Positions 24,887 to 25,711 of a DNA stretch of 25,711 nucleotides are shown here, piece by piece; the stretch's first letter is position 1, and each line of letters starts with the position of its first letter. The notes under the pieces were generated by a model. It made no database searches and was not told the DNA's origin. It worked only from the letters and a program-made list of their open reading frames with translations. Source of the DNA: a virus; IMG/VR virus record IMGVR_UViG_3300037808_001259, one strand, 5' to 3'. The translations under genes were made by a program, and so were the position numbers.

Positions 24887-25711
24887 GAGATATTTTAAAA
24901 GGAATTCCAGATAAACGACAGGATAAAAATACAACATCTCTTAAATTTAAAAAGGATTTGATTGAATTTTTTGGAGAAGATTATAAAGATAAAATTTGTT
25001 TGGAAATCGGTACAAGTAAAGGTTATTCCACTCGACTTTTAAGTTTTTTATTTAAGAAAGTTATTACATGCGAAATTAATCCAGAGTTGATAACTTTTGC
25101 AAAAAATATAAACAAAGATAGAGAAAATATTGAATTTTTACAGAAAGATGTTTATGGTACTCGGTGGGATTTTGAAGATATTGATGTAGTTTTTATTGAT
25201 TGTGATCATGAAATCAATGCAGTGTTACGTGATATTCAGAATGCAATAAGTCTGTGTAAACCATCACATGAACTTTTAATTGTGTTTGATGACTATGGGT
25301 TAGATAATCCGTGGGAAGGTGTTAAAGATGCTATATCCAGATATGATGATAATCCACATTTTAAAATAATAAAGGAAATTGGAGAGCCAAAGGGTTCAGA
25401 CTGTAATCCACGAGCTAATCTATTAGAAGTTGAGGGGGTTATTTGTAGATATACAAAATCAGATATGTCAAAAAATATAGTATTCATTCCAGACATTGAT
25501 TTAGGTGATGATAGAAATAAATCATATAGTTATTCTATCAATAGTTGGAAACATTTTTGTGATAAATATAATTGTGAATTAATTGTATGGAACGATTTAT
25601 TGTTACCAGTAGAACAAATGAAGATAACTTGGCAACGATATTATATGTTTGATATATTAGAGGCAAATCATATTGATTATGACCAAATACTGATAGTAGA
25701 TGCAGATACAA
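24883..25711 (+). CDS. SAM-methyltransferase fused to GT-A glycosyltransferase (3' partial; absent from ORF track)
   Basis: Open frame from ATG 24883 to the window end: 'LEIGTSKG', 'VFIDCDH', 'VFDDY', then 'MSKNIVFIP...SWKHFCDKYN...ILIVDADT' (DxD). Confidence 0.82.
   Translation, partial: MRDILKGIPDKRQDKNTTSLKFKKDLIEFFGEDYKDKICLEIGTSKGYSTRLLSFLFKKVITCEINPELITFAKNINKDRENIEFLQKDVYGTRWDFEDIDVVFIDCDHEINAVLRDIQNAISLCKPSHELLIVFDDYGLDNPWEGVKDAISRYDDNPHFKIIKEIGEPKGSDCNPRANLLEVEGVICRYTKSDMSKNIVFIPDIDLGDDRNKSYSYSINSWKHFCDKYNCELIVWNDLLLPVEQMKITWQRYYMFDILEANHIDYDQILIVDADT

Noticed and set aside
934-25496. Minus-strand ORFs in the track (e.g. 934-1227, 3930-4259, 4281-4610, 9911-10318, 11459-11794)
   Set aside because: All are antisense shadows of well-supported + strand genes, with Ser/Phe/Leu-rich composition and no motifs or SD.
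1-25711. tRNA, rRNA or strong Rho-independent terminators
   Set aside because: No cloverleaf or GC-rich hairpin plus U-tract was found by eye; the intergenic gaps are short and AT-rich.

Overview
AT-rich window (about 30% GC by eye), densely coding, with all convincing genes on the + strand. It most likely comes from a large uncultured T4-like or 'jumbo' bacteriophage: it has a gp62-like clamp-loader subunit, Shine-Dalgarno sites, a sigma70-type promoter and no host housekeeping genes. The left part (1-8.2 kb) is a DNA-metabolism and accessory block: EamA transporter, divergent LplA-fold enzyme, DNA methyltransferase, ClpP-like protease, DUF1599, thioredoxin, Cas4-like exonuclease and SLOG protein. 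The right part (9.4-25.7 kb) is a roughly 16 kb glycan synthesis and decoration cluster: about 9 glycosyltransferase-like genes, DegT aminotransferase, WbqC, epimerase, 2 sulfotransferases and 2 methyltransferases. Four unrelated free-standing endonuclease cassettes interrupt the window (Vsr/DUF559-like, GIY-YIG, PD-(D/E)XK and HNH). Three sit directly behind a small coupled protein (two look ribbon-helix-helix-like), and the fourth sits behind a structured RNA leader that can occlude its ribosome-binding site. The GIY-YIG cassette visibly replaced the 3' end of the DUF1599 gene and left the displaced terminus downstream. Several genes carry clean in-frame stops or a non-ATG start that the ORF track splits or misses. 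All family assignments rest on motif recognition only; no searches were run.
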